A stretch of DNA of 61,955 nt, filler included, from Collodictyon triciliatum (taxonomy: Eukaryota): the NCBI GenBank assembly GCA_043381765.1. It is 4 parts of 4 records of this genome, joined end to end, with 100 filler letters (N's around TTAATTAATTAA, not from the genome) between each part and the next. Parts side by side here need not be neighbours in the genome. Positions count along the whole stretch, not along the records: positions 58,466 to 61,955 come from JBHJMP010000450.1; 3 more parts are not named here. One strand, written 5' to 3'. The notes under the pieces were generated by a model. That model had not been told where the DNA came from, made no database searches, and saw only the letters and a list, made by a program, of their open reading frames with translations. Every line of letters starts with the position of its first letter. Within the stretch, counting starts at the first letter, position 1. Positions 61,185 through 61,955 of the stretch are shown here, in pieces. Position numbers and translations under genes: made by a program.

Positions 61185-61837
61185 CTACCACTCATCACTC
61201 TCATCGTCGCTGGCAGCAGACTGCGCATAGGGATTCCGGGGTGGCGGAGGCGGCGGAGGCGGCGGGGCGGCAGAGACCGGGGGTGCTCTTGCAGAGGAGC
61301 GGACGGAGAATGTCGGGGAGGCTGCGCGGGACTCACGGCGGGACGGCGGCTGCGATGGCCACTGCGATGGCGGTTGGGTGGGCGGCTGCGACGGCCACTG
61401 CGATGGCGGCTGCGTGGGCGGCTGTGTGGGCGGCTGTGTGGGCCAATGGGACTGCGGCTGTGTGGGCACCGCGGACTCGAGCGCAAAGTTTGCAGGCGGG
61501 GGCGGGGGCGGCGGTGGTGGGGCGGATGAAGCGGCAGGTGGTGGGGGCGGTGGGGGCGGCGGTGGGGCGGATGTGGCGGATGTGGGCGGCGGGGGCGGTG
61601 CACTTGCAGCTTTGCCTCCTGCGGGGCTCGGGGCGTCTGGGGTTCTGCGATGGTGGGGTGAGTGTGGTTTGCATAGGGGTTGGGTTGCGTTGGGTTGCGT
61701 TGGGGTGTCTTACAGAAGAAGGTCGGGATTCAGCCCCTCGGCTTCCATCAGGACGCGGACGCGCATTTCGGGTACTCCGACTTTGACCATTTTGAAGAAT
61801 TTCTGATACAGTGGGTCGTCCTTGACAAGAAGGACGT
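61185..61837 (-). CDS. WASHC3: Last two exons of WASH complex subunit 3 (CCDC53)-like protein with Pro-rich extension
   Basis: VKDDPLYQKFFKMVKVGVPEMRVRVLMEAEGLNPDLL matches the CCDC53 KDPxY..[YF].KMV.VGVP....M..EGLxPDLL motif; then TPDAPSP, poly-Pro, ...SDDESDEW*. Confidence 0.8.
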
Positions 61838-61854
61838 CTATGTTGATGTGGGTT

Positions 61855-61955
61855 GTGATGTGATGTGATGTGATGTGATGTGATGTGATGTGATGTGATG
61901 TGATGTGATGTGATGTGATGTGATGTGATGTGTTGTGATGTGTTGTGATGTGATG
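61855..61955. repeat. (GATGT)n intronic microsatellite
   Basis: Direct reading. Confidence 0.95.

Overview
This is eukaryotic, intron-rich genomic DNA with the standard code, from an unidentified protist that is probably flagellated (CCDC103- and CFAP97-like genes). It is four unrelated scaffolds joined by artificial N44-TTAATTAATTAA-N44 linkers (16337-16436, 38548-38647, 58366-58465), so most ORF-track entries are exon fragments or microsatellite noise. Splicing by hand gives: an HPS3-like 3' end, argininosuccinate lyase, a CCDC171-like coiled-coil gene, a beta-tubulin 3' end, VPS51, an M14 carboxypeptidase, a decayed L1/Tx1-type RT, an intronless 2128-aa WD40/Cys-rich/multi-TM gene, a TmcB-like 3' end, CCDC103, an LRR-kinase-SAM gene, a giant HECTD4/MYCBP2-like gene, an ABCC 5' end, a CFAP97-ankyrin fusion, KAT14/CSRP2BP and WASHC3. 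Family names come from recalled motifs, not database searches. The main signal is a 24-26-nt element (CTTTGAATCGAATAAAGGA6-7) found four times across two scaffolds. Each copy has a nearly fixed 5' end and sits between 15-18-bp target-site duplications that begin with AT. It resembles the 3' tail of the LINE remnant in the window, so it is a candidate ultra-short retroposon system. Also notable: two U12-type minor introns (one AT-AC, one GT-AG) and a ~140-bp sequence shared by introns of two neighbouring genes in opposite sense.
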